Shown here: in pieces, positions 18,414 through 27,414 of the stretch
How the letters are laid out: every line of letters begins with the position of its first letter
Numbering within the stretch: position 1 is the stretch's first letter
NCBI RefSeq assembly: GCF_018336915.1
Contig: NZ_CP064923.1
Coordinates: forward strand, 240,001-272,000
Direction: 5' to 3'
From: Acaryochloris marina S15
GTDB lineage: Bacteria > Cyanobacteriota > Cyanobacteriia > Thermosynechococcales > Thermosynechococcaceae
Length of the DNA stretch: 32,000 bases
Position numbers and translations under genes: made by a program
Notes under the pieces: generated by a model
Told to the model about the DNA's origin: nothing
Databases searched by the model: none
What the model saw: the letters and a program-made list of their open reading frames with translations, nothing else

Positions 18414-19868
18414 TTATGACTCTTTGAGGAATCCACTGTAGGCTTCCATGCCATGTTCGCTGATATCGAGACCCTTGATTTCTTCTTCTTCAGGAACGCG
18501 TAGTCCAGCAACCGCCTTGATGATGGCCCAAGTAACCGCTGCAGTGACCAAAGTGAACGCACCGACCGCAAAGATGCCAACGATTTGAGGAATCACTTGC
18601 TCAAACCCACCCCCGAGGATTAACCCCTTCGCAGGACCGCCGCCTTCGCCATAGATGAGACCATCCGGTCCTTGGGAAAAGAGGCCGACTGCCAAAGTAC
18701 CCCAAACACCGCAAACGCAGTGAACAGAGATAGCACCAACCGGGTCATCAATCTTCAAGCCATCAATGATAGTGACTGCAAACACAACAATCACCCCAGC
18801 AATCAGACCAATCACTGCAGCCCAAGGCACAGTCACCCAAGCACAAGGAGCTGTAATACCGACCAGACCAGCCAAGATACCGTTGATGATCATCGATAAA
18901 TCAGGCTTTCCCAGGTAGAACCAAGCAGTGAACGTCGCAGCAACGCCACCAAAAGCAGCCGCAATATTAGTCGTCAACGCCACATGAGCAATGGCAGACC
19001 CATCACCGACACCCATAGTGGATCCTGGGTTAAAGCCAAACCAGCCCAACCAGAGAATCAAACAACCCAAAGTCGCAATACTCATATTGTGACCAGGCAT
19101 GGCAGTTGCCCCAGTTTGGGAATAGCGGCCTAACCGAGGTCCGAGGAAAGCTGCGCCGACAAAAGCTGCCCAGCCGCCGACCGAGTGAACCACAGTAGAA
19201 CCGGCAAAGTCCCAAAAGCCCATGCCAGCTAACCAACCGCCACCCCAGATCCAGTGACCAGTGATGGGATAAAGCACCCCAGTGAGGACCAAGCTAAAGA
19301 TCAAGAAAGAAACAAACTTGATTCGCTCAGCTACAGCACCAGAAACAATCGTGGCCGCTGTGCCGGCAAACACGAGTTGAAAGAGGAACTTAGCAAAGAG
19401 GGGAACCCCTGTCCAGTTCAAGGCGCTAAACACACCTTCATAATTGTCGATAGCTGGGCTATTATCAGCCCCACTGACAAACCAACCTGTCGTTCCTAAG
19501 ATAGGATTGCCGTCACCAAACATTAAGCCAAAGCCAATGGCCCAGTAAGCAATGGTGGCTAGGGCAAATACAACTAAGTTCTTCGCTAGGATGTTGACGG
19601 CATTTTTTTGCCGACAGAATCCAGTTTCAAGCATGCCGAATCCAGCATTCATGAAAAAGACGAGAAAGGCACAGAGCAGAACCCAGACCGTGTCCAAGCC
19701 AACGGTGAGGGTTGCTGTGGGGTCAGGGGGTGTTGCTTCTTGAGCAACGGCCGCCACGGACCAGAATAATAAAACTATTGCTGTCATTGGCAAGCATACT
19801 TGCCAAGCAGGAGATAAGCGTTTTTTGCGCTTGAGGTTTTTTGACCTCGATTTAATAGGCTTAGACAT
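18414..19868 (-). CDS. amt: ammonium transporter (Amt/MEP family), tandem copy 1, 484 aa from the ATG
   Basis: Multi-TM with Amt blocks [43 protein letters not shown] and [12 protein letters not shown] (twin-His). An N-terminal signal-like segment ends AVAQE. The ORF-track start at 19907 is TTG. I prefer the ATG at 19868 (MSKPIKS). Confidence 0.92.
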   Translation of the reverse strand: MSKPIKSRSKNLKRKKRLSPAWQVCLPMTAIVLLFWSVAAVAQEATPPDPTATLTVGLDTVWVLLCAFLVFFMNAGFGMLETGFCRQKNAVNILAKNLVVFALATIAYWAIGFGLMFGDGNPILGTTGWFVSGADNSPAIDNYEGVFSALNWTGVPLFAKFLFQLVFAGTAATIVSGAVAERIKFVSFLIFSLVLTGVLYPITGHWIWGGGWLAGMGFWDFAGSTVVHSVGGWAAFVGAAFLGPRLGRYSQTGATAMPGHNMSIATLGCLILWLGWFGFNPGSTMGVGDGSAIAHVALTTNIAAAFGGVAATFTAWFYLGKPDLSMIINGILAGLVGITAPCAWVTVPWAAVIGLIAGVIVVFAVTIIDGLKIDDPVGAISVHCVCGVWGTLAVGLFSQGPDGLIYGEGGGPAKGLILGGGFEQVIPQIVGIFAVGAFTLVTAAVTWAIIKAVAGLRVPEEEEIKGLDISEHGMEAYSGFLKES

Positions 19869-19931
19869 CACCACAATACGTTTCCTAGATAAATGATGGA
19901 CAACCAATTGCTCTAGTAGTTGATTTAGATG
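18421..19931. repeat. copy 1 of a 1,511-bp tandem direct repeat (period 1,924 bp)
   Basis: In a line-by-line comparison with 20345-21855, 1,510 of 1,511 positions are identical. The only difference is 19894 T versus 21818 C. Confidence 0.95.
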
Positions 19932-20072
19932 GGGACATCGAAACCATTACTAAATAACGAATTAAGGGCCATCTTTGAATGATTACTTAAGTGATAGTTG
20001 GGGCTTGAATGGACCGAACTCTCTTCGGGGTTCTAATCTAATCGATTCAACAGTGCTAGGTAATGTAGTTCT

Positions 20073-20086
20073 GTATTTTTAGATAC
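20073..20086 (-). promoter_or_regulatory. NtcA-binding box GTA-N8-TAC upstream of amt copy 1
   Basis: GTATTTTTAGATAC is a perfect match to the palindromic NtcA consensus. The site centre is about 211 nt upstream of the ATG. A conserved TTGAAT hexamer (minus strand, 20050-20045) lies exactly 22 nt downstream, where the -10 box is expected, though it deviates from TAN3T. Confidence 0.7.
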
Positions 20087-20200
20087 ATTTTTTCTTCCGT
20101 GAGAGAACTTATGGCTTAGCTAGGCCAGTCCATTGAAGCCTCAATCATAAAATATTCTCTACCCTAGCCTTAGATGCAAAAGTGGGCATTTATAGTTTGG

Positions 20201-20250
20201 ATATATTCACAAAAGGCCCTGGTTAATACCAGGGCCTTTTGTGAATATAT
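20201..20250. terminator. bidirectional rho-independent terminator downstream of amt copy 2
   Basis: Perfect 23-bp inverted repeat ATATATTCACAAAAGGCCCTGGT/ACCAGGGCCTTTTGTGAATATAT with a 4-nt loop. The GC core AAAAGGCCCTGG...CCAGGGCCTTTT is flanked by an A-tract and a T-tract. It starts 52 nt after the copy-2 stop. Confidence 0.8.
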
Positions 20251-20301
20251 GCTTTTCAACCTCTAATGTCAGAAATGCACTAAATAGGTCTTAGAGAGTC
20301 G

Positions 20302-21792
20302 TTAACGCATCATTGAGGGAGCGCGGCTACCTTGAACCTGAGCATCTTTGAGGAATCCACTGTAGGCTTCCATGCCATGTTCGCTGATATCGAGACCCTT
20401 GATTTCTTCTTCTTCAGGAACGCGTAGTCCAGCAACCGCCTTGATGATGGCCCAAGTAACCGCTGCAGTGACCAAAGTGAACGCACCGACCGCAAAGATG
20501 CCAACGATTTGAGGAATCACTTGCTCAAACCCACCCCCGAGGATTAACCCCTTCGCAGGACCGCCGCCTTCGCCATAGATGAGACCATCCGGTCCTTGGG
20601 AAAAGAGGCCGACTGCCAAAGTACCCCAAACACCGCAAACGCAGTGAACAGAGATAGCACCAACCGGGTCATCAATCTTCAAGCCATCAATGATAGTGAC
20701 TGCAAACACAACAATCACCCCAGCAATCAGACCAATCACTGCAGCCCAAGGCACAGTCACCCAAGCACAAGGAGCTGTAATACCGACCAGACCAGCCAAG
20801 ATACCGTTGATGATCATCGATAAATCAGGCTTTCCCAGGTAGAACCAAGCAGTGAACGTCGCAGCAACGCCACCAAAAGCAGCCGCAATATTAGTCGTCA
20901 ACGCCACATGAGCAATGGCAGACCCATCACCGACACCCATAGTGGATCCTGGGTTAAAGCCAAACCAGCCCAACCAGAGAATCAAACAACCCAAAGTCGC
21001 AATACTCATATTGTGACCAGGCATGGCAGTTGCCCCAGTTTGGGAATAGCGGCCTAACCGAGGTCCGAGGAAAGCTGCGCCGACAAAAGCTGCCCAGCCG
21101 CCGACCGAGTGAACCACAGTAGAACCGGCAAAGTCCCAAAAGCCCATGCCAGCTAACCAACCGCCACCCCAGATCCAGTGACCAGTGATGGGATAAAGCA
21201 CCCCAGTGAGGACCAAGCTAAAGATCAAGAAAGAAACAAACTTGATTCGCTCAGCTACAGCACCAGAAACAATCGTGGCCGCTGTGCCGGCAAACACGAG
21301 TTGAAAGAGGAACTTAGCAAAGAGGGGAACCCCTGTCCAGTTCAAGGCGCTAAACACACCTTCATAATTGTCGATAGCTGGGCTATTATCAGCCCCACTG
21401 ACAAACCAACCTGTCGTTCCTAAGATAGGATTGCCGTCACCAAACATTAAGCCAAAGCCAATGGCCCAGTAAGCAATGGTGGCTAGGGCAAATACAACTA
21501 AGTTCTTCGCTAGGATGTTGACGGCATTTTTTTGCCGACAGAATCCAGTTTCAAGCATGCCGAATCCAGCATTCATGAAAAAGACGAGAAAGGCACAGAG
21601 CAGAACCCAGACCGTGTCCAAGCCAACGGTGAGGGTTGCTGTGGGGTCAGGGGGTGTTGCTTCTTGAGCAACGGCCGCCACGGACCAGAATAATAAAACT
21701 ATTGCTGTCATTGGCAAGCATACTTGCCAAGCAGGAGATAAGCGTTTTTTGCGCTTGAGGTTTTTTGACCTCGATTTAATAGGCTTAGACAT
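20302..21792 (-). CDS. amt: ammonium transporter (Amt/MEP family), tandem copy 2, 496 aa from the ATG
   Basis: Identical to copy 1 through ...EAYSGFLK, then ends [14 protein letters not shown] instead of ES. The ATG at 21792 is preferred over the TTG at 21831. Confidence 0.92.
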   Translation of the reverse strand: MSKPIKSRSKNLKRKKRLSPAWQVCLPMTAIVLLFWSVAAVAQEATPPDPTATLTVGLDTVWVLLCAFLVFFMNAGFGMLETGFCRQKNAVNILAKNLVVFALATIAYWAIGFGLMFGDGNPILGTTGWFVSGADNSPAIDNYEGVFSALNWTGVPLFAKFLFQLVFAGTAATIVSGAVAERIKFVSFLIFSLVLTGVLYPITGHWIWGGGWLAGMGFWDFAGSTVVHSVGGWAAFVGAAFLGPRLGRYSQTGATAMPGHNMSIATLGCLILWLGWFGFNPGSTMGVGDGSAIAHVALTTNIAAAFGGVAATFTAWFYLGKPDLSMIINGILAGLVGITAPCAWVTVPWAAVIGLIAGVIVVFAVTIIDGLKIDDPVGAISVHCVCGVWGTLAVGLFSQGPDGLIYGEGGGPAKGLILGGGFEQVIPQIVGIFAVGAFTLVTAAVTWAIIKAVAGLRVPEEEEIKGLDISEHGMEAYSGFLKDAQVQGSRAPSMMR

Positions 21793-21855
21793 CACCACAA
21801 TACGTTTCCTAGATAAACGATGGACAACCAATTGCTCTAGTAGTTGATTTAGATG
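20345..21855. repeat. copy 2 of the 1,511-bp tandem direct repeat
   Basis: See copy 1. The offset is 1,924 bp with a single mismatch. Confidence 0.95.
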
Positions 21856-22001
21856 TAGAGACTTCAGCCATTCCTAAACGTTGGATACTAAAGCAATTAA
21901 ACGATCTAAAGAAGATAAGCCCGATCGGTAAAGCAAATTGGATAGGGGTTCACCCAACCCACTGATTTAATCGATTCAACAGTGGTAGAGGTCGCAGTTC
22001 T

Positions 22002-22015
22002 GTATAGAGTGATAC
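22002..22015 (-). promoter_or_regulatory. NtcA-binding box GTA-N8-TAC upstream of amt copy 2 (also 120 nt upstream of the divergent Tab2 gene)
   Basis: GTATAGAGTGATAC is a perfect GTA-N8-TAC match. The same TTGAAT hexamer (21979-21974 on the minus strand) lies 22 nt downstream. The surrounding block CACTGTTGAATCGATTA is conserved between the two copies. Confidence 0.7.
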
Positions 22016-22134
22016 ATTTCTTTCTGGGTAGAGAACAGAGTAACCTGAAAGAAGTTGATCAATAACATCTTGGGGTTTCTCACCTAATTCCCCAAAACTT
22101 TACACTGATAAAGCATCTAGGGTTTGACATTAAT

Positions 22135-22998
22135 ATGAGTAAGGTTTGGGAAATCGATTTTTATTCGCGCCCTATTTTAGACGAGCAACAAAAAAAAATT
22201 TGGGAACTACTGGTTTGTGATTCTCAACGAAACTTTGAATTCACCAAAGTCTGCTCTGGTTCCCAGGCTAATGCTCGCTGGTTACAAGAATCATTAGCCG
22301 AAGCTTTACCCCTATGGCGGCAACAAGGGAATTATGGTGAGCAAGACTTTCCAGAAAGAATCCGCTTTTTTCGGCGTTCGATGAAGAGTATTATTCCGCG
22401 GGCCTGTGAAGCCTTGGAAATTCCGGCTCAGCCGAGTCGGAGAACTTTTGCCGTGTATCAGTGGCTTTGCGAACGGGAGCAGACCGTCTACCCTCAGCAT
22501 CCAGGATATCAACCGATGATGGCTGCGCCCATGGTATTTGAGCCCACTTTGCCTAAGCCTTTACCGGATGCTTTACAAGGAGAGGGGTGGCGTCTAGTAA
22601 CGCTTCAACTCAGTGCCTTTGCCGACATGGACGAGTGGGATATTGCTTTTGGGGATAAAATTCCTTTGGCACAGTTGAATCTACCACCAGAGACCGAAAT
22701 TCCCGGACTGCTGATTTTCTCGGAACGCTCTACCCCACTTTCTGGCTGGATGTCTGGTTTAGAACTGTCCTGTCTGAAGCTGGAAATGGATCCTAAACCT
22801 CAGTTGCTTTTAGAGACAGGACTCAGCGATCGCTGGGTGATTGCCTATCTGAATGACGACAAATTAGTGGCCGAAATTCAGGGATTTGAAAAGACGAAGC
22901 AGGCGGCTCAACAGGTTCATTTTGTGGCAGTGCAATCTTCGCCTGATTCTGAGCAATTTGCTGGATTCTGGTTAATGCAAGAAATGACGGCTGCTTAA
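22135..22998 (+). CDS. Tab2/ATAB2-family (DUF1092) RNA-binding protein
   Basis: 287 aa. The N-terminus VWEIDFYSRPILDEQQKKIWELLVCDS is characteristic of cyanobacterial Tab2 homologues. Confidence 0.8.
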   Translation: MSKVWEIDFYSRPILDEQQKKIWELLVCDSQRNFEFTKVCSGSQANARWLQESLAEALPLWRQQGNYGEQDFPERIRFFRRSMKSIIPRACEALEIPAQPSRRTFAVYQWLCEREQTVYPQHPGYQPMMAAPMVFEPTLPKPLPDALQGEGWRLVTLQLSAFADMDEWDIAFGDKIPLAQLNLPPETEIPGLLIFSERSTPLSGWMSGLELSCLKLEMDPKPQLLLETGLSDRWVIAYLNDDKLVAEIQGFEKTKQAAQQVHFVAVQSSPDSEQFAGFWLMQEMTAA

Positions 22999-23052
22999 TA
23001 ACGTGTTTTCCCCTGATGTTGCCAAAGATGCAGAAATTTCTATAGTTGTGCT

Positions 23053-24651
23053 TTAGGCACCTAGGGCTAACCAACGTTTCTGCAGAGTGTTCAGGCGAAG
23101 ATACGCTAGCTTGGCCGAAAAATCTGATCTGAGTAGCCCACCATGGGGCCAGAAACCACCATCTGCGAGATCCCACCAAGTCACGGCTTGGATGTAGGAT
23201 TTGCTGTAGCACAGGGTATAAAACTGTTCTACCCAATCAGCTTGGATATTTTCATTCCAAGGTCCATGCCAGAGTCCAGGAGGATCGGGAAAGGGGGTAT
23301 TCTCAGCCCGAGTGGTGTTAGAGGAAACCCCTAGTTCTGTGATGTGAATCGGTTTGCCAAGCTGGCTAAACCGCTCCAGGAGCCGATTAATTTCAAACAT
23401 GTCTTGATTGGGATAATACAACTGCATACCGATAATTTCGAAGGGAATATCGGTTTTAAGACAGGTTTGGAGGTATTGGTAGGCACTCTGTAACGGGATT
23501 TGGTGAGGACCCCTGGCAATATACTCAGCCCACTGGCAGCAGGTATTGATGATGCGTTGTGCCTTTGGATGGCCTCCACTCGTGGCAAGTGCTGCGAGCT
23601 GAGTCATCTCTCGCTGCTGTTCTGCCGAGAAATTAAGGGTGTTGGCCCAGTCAATATCGTGGGCCTCATTGATGATGTCGTAGTAGGGAATGCGATCGCA
23701 ATATCGTCCCGTAATCTCCCCCACGCGCTGACGCAGCAAATCTTTGAGTTCCTCATAGGGTTTGTCTTTGGCCCAGACGGGGAGTCCAGCGCCATGGAAC
23801 CAGACGAGGGGGTGCCCTTTAGGGGTAATGCCTTCTGCTTCTAACCAATTCACCATTTCATCGGTTTGAGCAAAATTGGGTTTTCCAGCTTCTGGCTCAA
23901 AGGAACGCCAGTAAAAGGGCAGGGTGGCAAAGTTAAATAGCTGTTTGAATCGACGATCATACTCTGCGCCTGCGGTTGGATGGCGAAAGAAATTGCAGCC
24001 AAATAGAAACTCAGGTCGATGACCTCGCTGATGAATTTGATGCTGAGCGTGGGCAAAGACGGCAGATTCTCCTGCCCATAACCCTTCCCGTAGAGAATCA
24101 TTGGCAAAGGCAGCCATTGCTTTGGGATTGGCAGCTGCTTGGGCCTGTCGGAGGTAAGCCTCGGCTTGCTGAAGTTGCTCTGTGATGGCAGGGGGACATT
24201 GAAAGCCTTGTTGTTGCCAAGTTGAGATCGCAGTCCGCACCCGATGTATCCGCGACTCGGCACAGGCCAAATTTAAATTCAGAGGAAAATCTGTTGGGGT
24301 ATATCCTCGACCCTGGTTGTCGGCATAGAGGGCCACTTTACCAAACCCTTTAACCGCCAGATAAAGCACAATCGCAAAAGGAACAGATGGGGGTGTGGTC
24401 CACAGAACACCTGAGTTCACTTGACGGGGAGGATTGGGCATGGGTTCATCCTCTAAGGTGAGGAAAAACGTTTGGTTGAAGACCTTTGCAGGTATGGGTT
24501 TACCCGCAGATGTCCAAGCCTGCAGCTTGATTTGATCAGTACCGGTAGGGACCTCTGCTCTAGAGGTATCGGGTCGCGAAGAGCCCAGGGCGAGTAGTGC
24601 TGCCGTTCCTCCTGTTAACGTTAAAAACTGCCGTCGATCGATTGCTGTCAT
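23053..24651 (-). CDS. Tat-signal glycoside hydrolase family 10 protein (endo-beta-1,4-xylanase-like)
   Basis: Twin-arginine leader MTAIDRRQFLTLTGGTAALLALGS. GH10 blocks are WRSFEPEAGKPNF, GHPLVWF, YYDIINEAHD (acid/base Glu) and IHITELGVS (nucleophile Glu). Confidence 0.8.
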   Translation of the reverse strand: MTAIDRRQFLTLTGGTAALLALGSSRPDTSRAEVPTGTDQIKLQAWTSAGKPIPAKVFNQTFFLTLEDEPMPNPPRQVNSGVLWTTPPSVPFAIVLYLAVKGFGKVALYADNQGRGYTPTDFPLNLNLACAESRIHRVRTAISTWQQQGFQCPPAITEQLQQAEAYLRQAQAAANPKAMAAFANDSLREGLWAGESAVFAHAQHQIHQRGHRPEFLFGCNFFRHPTAGAEYDRRFKQLFNFATLPFYWRSFEPEAGKPNFAQTDEMVNWLEAEGITPKGHPLVWFHGAGLPVWAKDKPYEELKDLLRQRVGEITGRYCDRIPYYDIINEAHDIDWANTLNFSAEQQREMTQLAALATSGGHPKAQRIINTCCQWAEYIARGPHQIPLQSAYQYLQTCLKTDIPFEIIGMQLYYPNQDMFEINRLLERFSQLGKPIHITELGVSSNTTRAENTPFPDPPGLWHGPWNENIQADWVEQFYTLCYSKSYIQAVTWWDLADGGFWPHGGLLRSDFSAKLAYLRLNTLQKRWLALGA

Positions 24652-24728
24652 TTATTGCCCCCCATTGTGAGTTGTCAGCTAAAGTTAGCGATCCGGGTAA
24701 TCTGACTGCAAGGTACCCAATATTTGTA

Positions 24729-27344
24729 ATGGCCATATCCTCAGACTCACAATTTGATGATCTGATCCCCTCTTCTGCGGATACAGAAGCGGCTACCCAG
24801 TCGCGATCGCTCCTCGGTATTCTCTGTCTAGGGTTGTATTTTCTATTCACCCTCATGCCGGACAGCCACAGCATTATGGTGGCGTGGCCCTGGGTGTTTG
24901 TATGGCAATTGGCCTGGCTTTGTCCCGTCCTTTGGTTAGTGGGACAGCTCTGGCAACGTTCCCCCATCCCTCGTTTACAGCAAGGGCTAGATTGGCTCGC
25001 TGCTTTGGCCGTGATTGGCCTGCTTCTATCGACAATTTTGGCCGTATTTCCCAACCAAGCGCGTTGGTACACGGGAGCTGCCCTGGGTGGGATAGCTGCC
25101 CTTTACTGCATCAATGCCTGGACACAAACACCCCTGCGCCGTCAGCGATTGCTGGTGACCCAAGGGATAGTGAGTGTTGGTTTCATTGTCACTAGTCTGT
25201 TTCTGTGGGTGAGCCAGACATTATTGCCAGAGTTGAATCGACTCCAATCTCTTCAACAAGTAGGAGTGCAAGCCAGCTATAACTTCTCAACCTTAGAACT
25301 GCGCAATTGGGCTCCCTTTGGTCATCAAAACTATGTGGCTGGCTATTTAGTTCTGGCCCTGCCCCTTTTATTTGGACTGGGGTGGACCCATCCTCGTTGG
25401 CGATGGTGGTGGTTTGGCAGCTTTGGGTTAGGCCTGATCGATCTCTACACCACTAGTTCTAGAGGAGGTTGGTTGGGGCTTTTGGTGGCCGGTGTTTATT
25501 TGGGATTGGTCCTCTTTCGGCAACAGGGACTGAACCGTCGCTGGTTAATGGGTGGAACCTTGGCCAGCCTGGGAATTGTTGTCGTTTTAGTCCTTGCCAA
25601 CAATCGCCTCAGCAGTCAAATCAGTAATTTCTTGCAAGGCCGTTCTGGTGGAGATATGGCCTATCGATTGATTACCCATGTGGCAGGCTGGAAGATGGGG
25701 CTTCAACAACCTGTGACGGGGATGGGACCAGGAAGTGTCCCCTTGGCCTATCAGGCCTATCGACCTCACTGGGCGGGCTTAGAAGCAGAACATGCCTATC
25801 AGCTCCATGGAACTTTGCCGCAACTCTGGGCCGAGCTAGGTTTAGGGGGGATTGTCCCTTTTGTTCTCTTGGTGGCGTGGCTGGTTTGGCAAGGTGGGCG
25901 ATACATTACCCGAGCAGCGACACATCAATCTAATTTATTGCCCCAAAGTTTGCTCGCTGGGCTTTTAGGCTACAGTCTTGTTTCCCTCACGGACTACCAG
26001 TTAGACAATATTGGCATTAGTGGTTTCATTATCATTAGCCTAGGTTGCCTCGCTGGCTTTATGGGTACGGCAAACGAGGCAACCCAAGCTCATGCGCCCT
26101 CTGATAAACGGATCAAATCAATGGCAGGTGTTCTTCTAGGGATTGTCTTGGCCTTTGGAATATCGGTCATGCCCATCCATGCTGCTTGGCAGTTGTCTAA
26201 CCAAGGATTTGCCGCTTTAGATCAGCAAGAGATCGACCAATTTCGCCAGCGCCTGGGAGATGCCCAAGCTAAGGTCCCATGGGATCCTTATTATTCCTAC
26301 CAGTTAGGATGGAACTTGGGAGAAATGGGATTTAAAACAAAGGATCCCAAGTTACGAAATTATCTGATTCAAACGGCTACTCAGCATTTTATCCAAGGCA
26401 ATCAGGCGACTCCTGATCAAGAATTTGGCCATACCAATTTAGGGTGGCTTTACCTACAGATTGATCCACAGAAAGCGACCCAAGAATTTGCCCAGTCTGC
26501 AGAATTAGTGCCTGCAAAACGAGGGGTCTTTTTTGGTTTGGGTCTGAGTTTATTAGGTCAGGGCCAAACGGATCTCGCCGTGCAAGCCATGACCTTAGAA
26601 TGCCTGCGCAATCCCATTTGGATCACGAGTCCCGCTTGGAAGTCACCCCCCTTGCAGTCTATTTATGCTCCGGTCCTTGCTAACTTAGAGCAGAGCTATG
26701 ACCAATTGCTCCAAGGGCATCAGCATTTGGATGATTTGAATACCCATCTTCATAAAGGTAGAGGCAGTTTGCAGTGGTGGAGTGGCGACTTCGAGGGTGC
26801 TCAAGCCGATCTCGACACCTATGGTAGCCCCCTCAGTCGAGCTTTGGTAGAGGTGGCTCAGAGTAAGCCAGGAGATCCCATTGAGATTTCTCCAGAATTA
26901 TCGAAGGCCTCTCGCAATATCATCCAAGCTTGGGTCATGCCGGATCAACGAGCGTCATTGTTGACTCAGGCCTGGCAGAGGGGAACTGGTACGAAAGAGA
27001 CGAAGCAACTAGTGCAAATTACTTTAGACAGTATGCAGAAGGCTCGAATCTTCCAAGAATGGTTACAAGACTATCCCATCGTGCGCAAATACCATCGACA
27101 ACGATCTGGTTTTGGGGTTTTGAGTCGTCATACTGATGGTCCTAATCCGACAGACTTTTTTCTGGTCATTGATAATGTAGTTATGACCGAAATTTTTAAT
27201 AACATGATGCCTGTGCCTGAATATTTCCCTGATTTAGATCGGGCCTTGCAAGAGCGCCGTAATGCTTTGTTGTCAGAGGTTGAAGCCATATCAGAGAATG
27301 CTATGCTGACCTCATCGCTGATTCAAAGTGGTGCAATGGATTAG
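24729..27344 (+). CDS. O-antigen ligase/Wzy-like polytopic membrane protein with a C-terminal soluble TPR-like region
   Basis: About 12 predicted TM segments. The Wzy_C-like core is YTTSSRGGWLGLLVAGVYLGLVLF followed by a periplasmic loop. The C-terminal 400 aa or so are helical-repeat-like. I prefer the ATG at 24729 (871 aa), because the 915-aa ORF-track version overlaps the divergent GH10 start. Confidence 0.75.
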   Translation: MAISSDSQFDDLIPSSADTEAATQSRSLLGILCLGLYFLFTLMPDSHSIMVAWPWVFVWQLAWLCPVLWLVGQLWQRSPIPRLQQGLDWLAALAVIGLLLSTILAVFPNQARWYTGAALGGIAALYCINAWTQTPLRRQRLLVTQGIVSVGFIVTSLFLWVSQTLLPELNRLQSLQQVGVQASYNFSTLELRNWAPFGHQNYVAGYLVLALPLLFGLGWTHPRWRWWWFGSFGLGLIDLYTTSSRGGWLGLLVAGVYLGLVLFRQQGLNRRWLMGGTLASLGIVVVLVLANNRLSSQISNFLQGRSGGDMAYRLITHVAGWKMGLQQPVTGMGPGSVPLAYQAYRPHWAGLEAEHAYQLHGTLPQLWAELGLGGIVPFVLLVAWLVWQGGRYITRAATHQSNLLPQSLLAGLLGYSLVSLTDYQLDNIGISGFIIISLGCLAGFMGTANEATQAHAPSDKRIKSMAGVLLGIVLAFGISVMPIHAAWQLSNQGFAALDQQEIDQFRQRLGDAQAKVPWDPYYSYQLGWNLGEMGFKTKDPKLRNYLIQTATQHFIQGNQATPDQEFGHTNLGWLYLQIDPQKATQEFAQSAELVPAKRGVFFGLGLSLLGQGQTDLAVQAMTLECLRNPIWITSPAWKSPPLQSIYAPVLANLEQSYDQLLQGHQHLDDLNTHLHKGRGSLQWWSGDFEGAQADLDTYGSPLSRALVEVAQSKPGDPIEISPELSKASRNIIQAWVMPDQRASLLTQAWQRGTGTKETKQLVQITLDSMQKARIFQEWLQDYPIVRKYHRQRSGFGVLSRHTDGPNPTDFFLVIDNVVMTEIFNNMMPVPEYFPDLDRALQERRNALLSEVEAISENAMLTSSLIQSGAMD

Positions 27345-27414
27345 AACCATCTCATCCTCTGTTGCAATCTGTAAACCTAATTTTTAATTGCGCTATTCTT
27401 CGGAGAATAACCCC

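Noticed and set aside
19869-19907. TTG-initiated [13 protein letters not shown] extension of amt copy 1 (and [13 protein letters not shown] at 21793-21831 for copy 2), which would make the single repeat mismatch a His/Arg substitution
   Set aside because: The track start codon is TTG. An in-frame ATG 13 codons downstream begins a typical basic N-region plus signal-like sequence. I therefore treat the mismatch as a leader SNP, though this is unproven.
19869-20072. Glutamine (glnA-motif) riboswitch in the long amt leaders
   Set aside because: I searched both leaders on the transcribed strand for the conserved CGUUCA / GGAAGUAGG / GAAGGAACG elements and found none.
18398-21667. Pairs of identical 60-81-aa ORFs (for example 18672/20596, 19030/20954, 19254/21178, 19552/21476)
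   Set aside because: They are alternate-frame or antisense ORFs inside the duplicated amt CDS. Their duplication simply reflects the DNA repeat.
18421-21855. The amt duplication as an assembly artefact or a diversity-generating (template/variable repeat) pair
   Set aside because: The copies have distinct flanks, different 3' ends and one internal SNP. That argues for two real loci, although long-read confirmation is still advisable. A single T/C difference shows no adenine-specific mutagenesis, and there is no reverse transcriptase nearby.
22186-22197. A9 homopolymer within the Tab2 coding sequence as a slippage or phase-variation site
   Set aside because: It encodes QQKKI in frame in an intact ORF, and there is no evidence of frameshifting.
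22823-23236. 137-aa minus-strand ORF spanning the Tab2 3' end and the GH10 3' end
   Set aside because: It overlaps two well-supported convergent genes and has no recognisable features.
23143-24263. Several 63-137-aa ORFs on both strands inside the GH10 gene (23143, 23331, 23500, 23604, 23850, 23976)
   Set aside because: All are nested within a 532-aa ORF that has clear GH10 motifs. They are shadow ORFs.
24597-24728. 44-codon N-terminal extension of the Wzy-like ORF overlapping the GH10 start codon
   Set aside because: It overlaps the divergent GH10 gene's first 18 codons in antisense. The ATG at 24729 leaves a normal 77-bp divergent intergenic region.
24560-25072. 170-aa minus-strand ORF
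   Set aside because: It is antisense to the strongly supported Wzy-like membrane protein and out of frame with GH10. Its composition is low-complexity and Arg/Ser/Cys-rich, typical of a shadow ORF.
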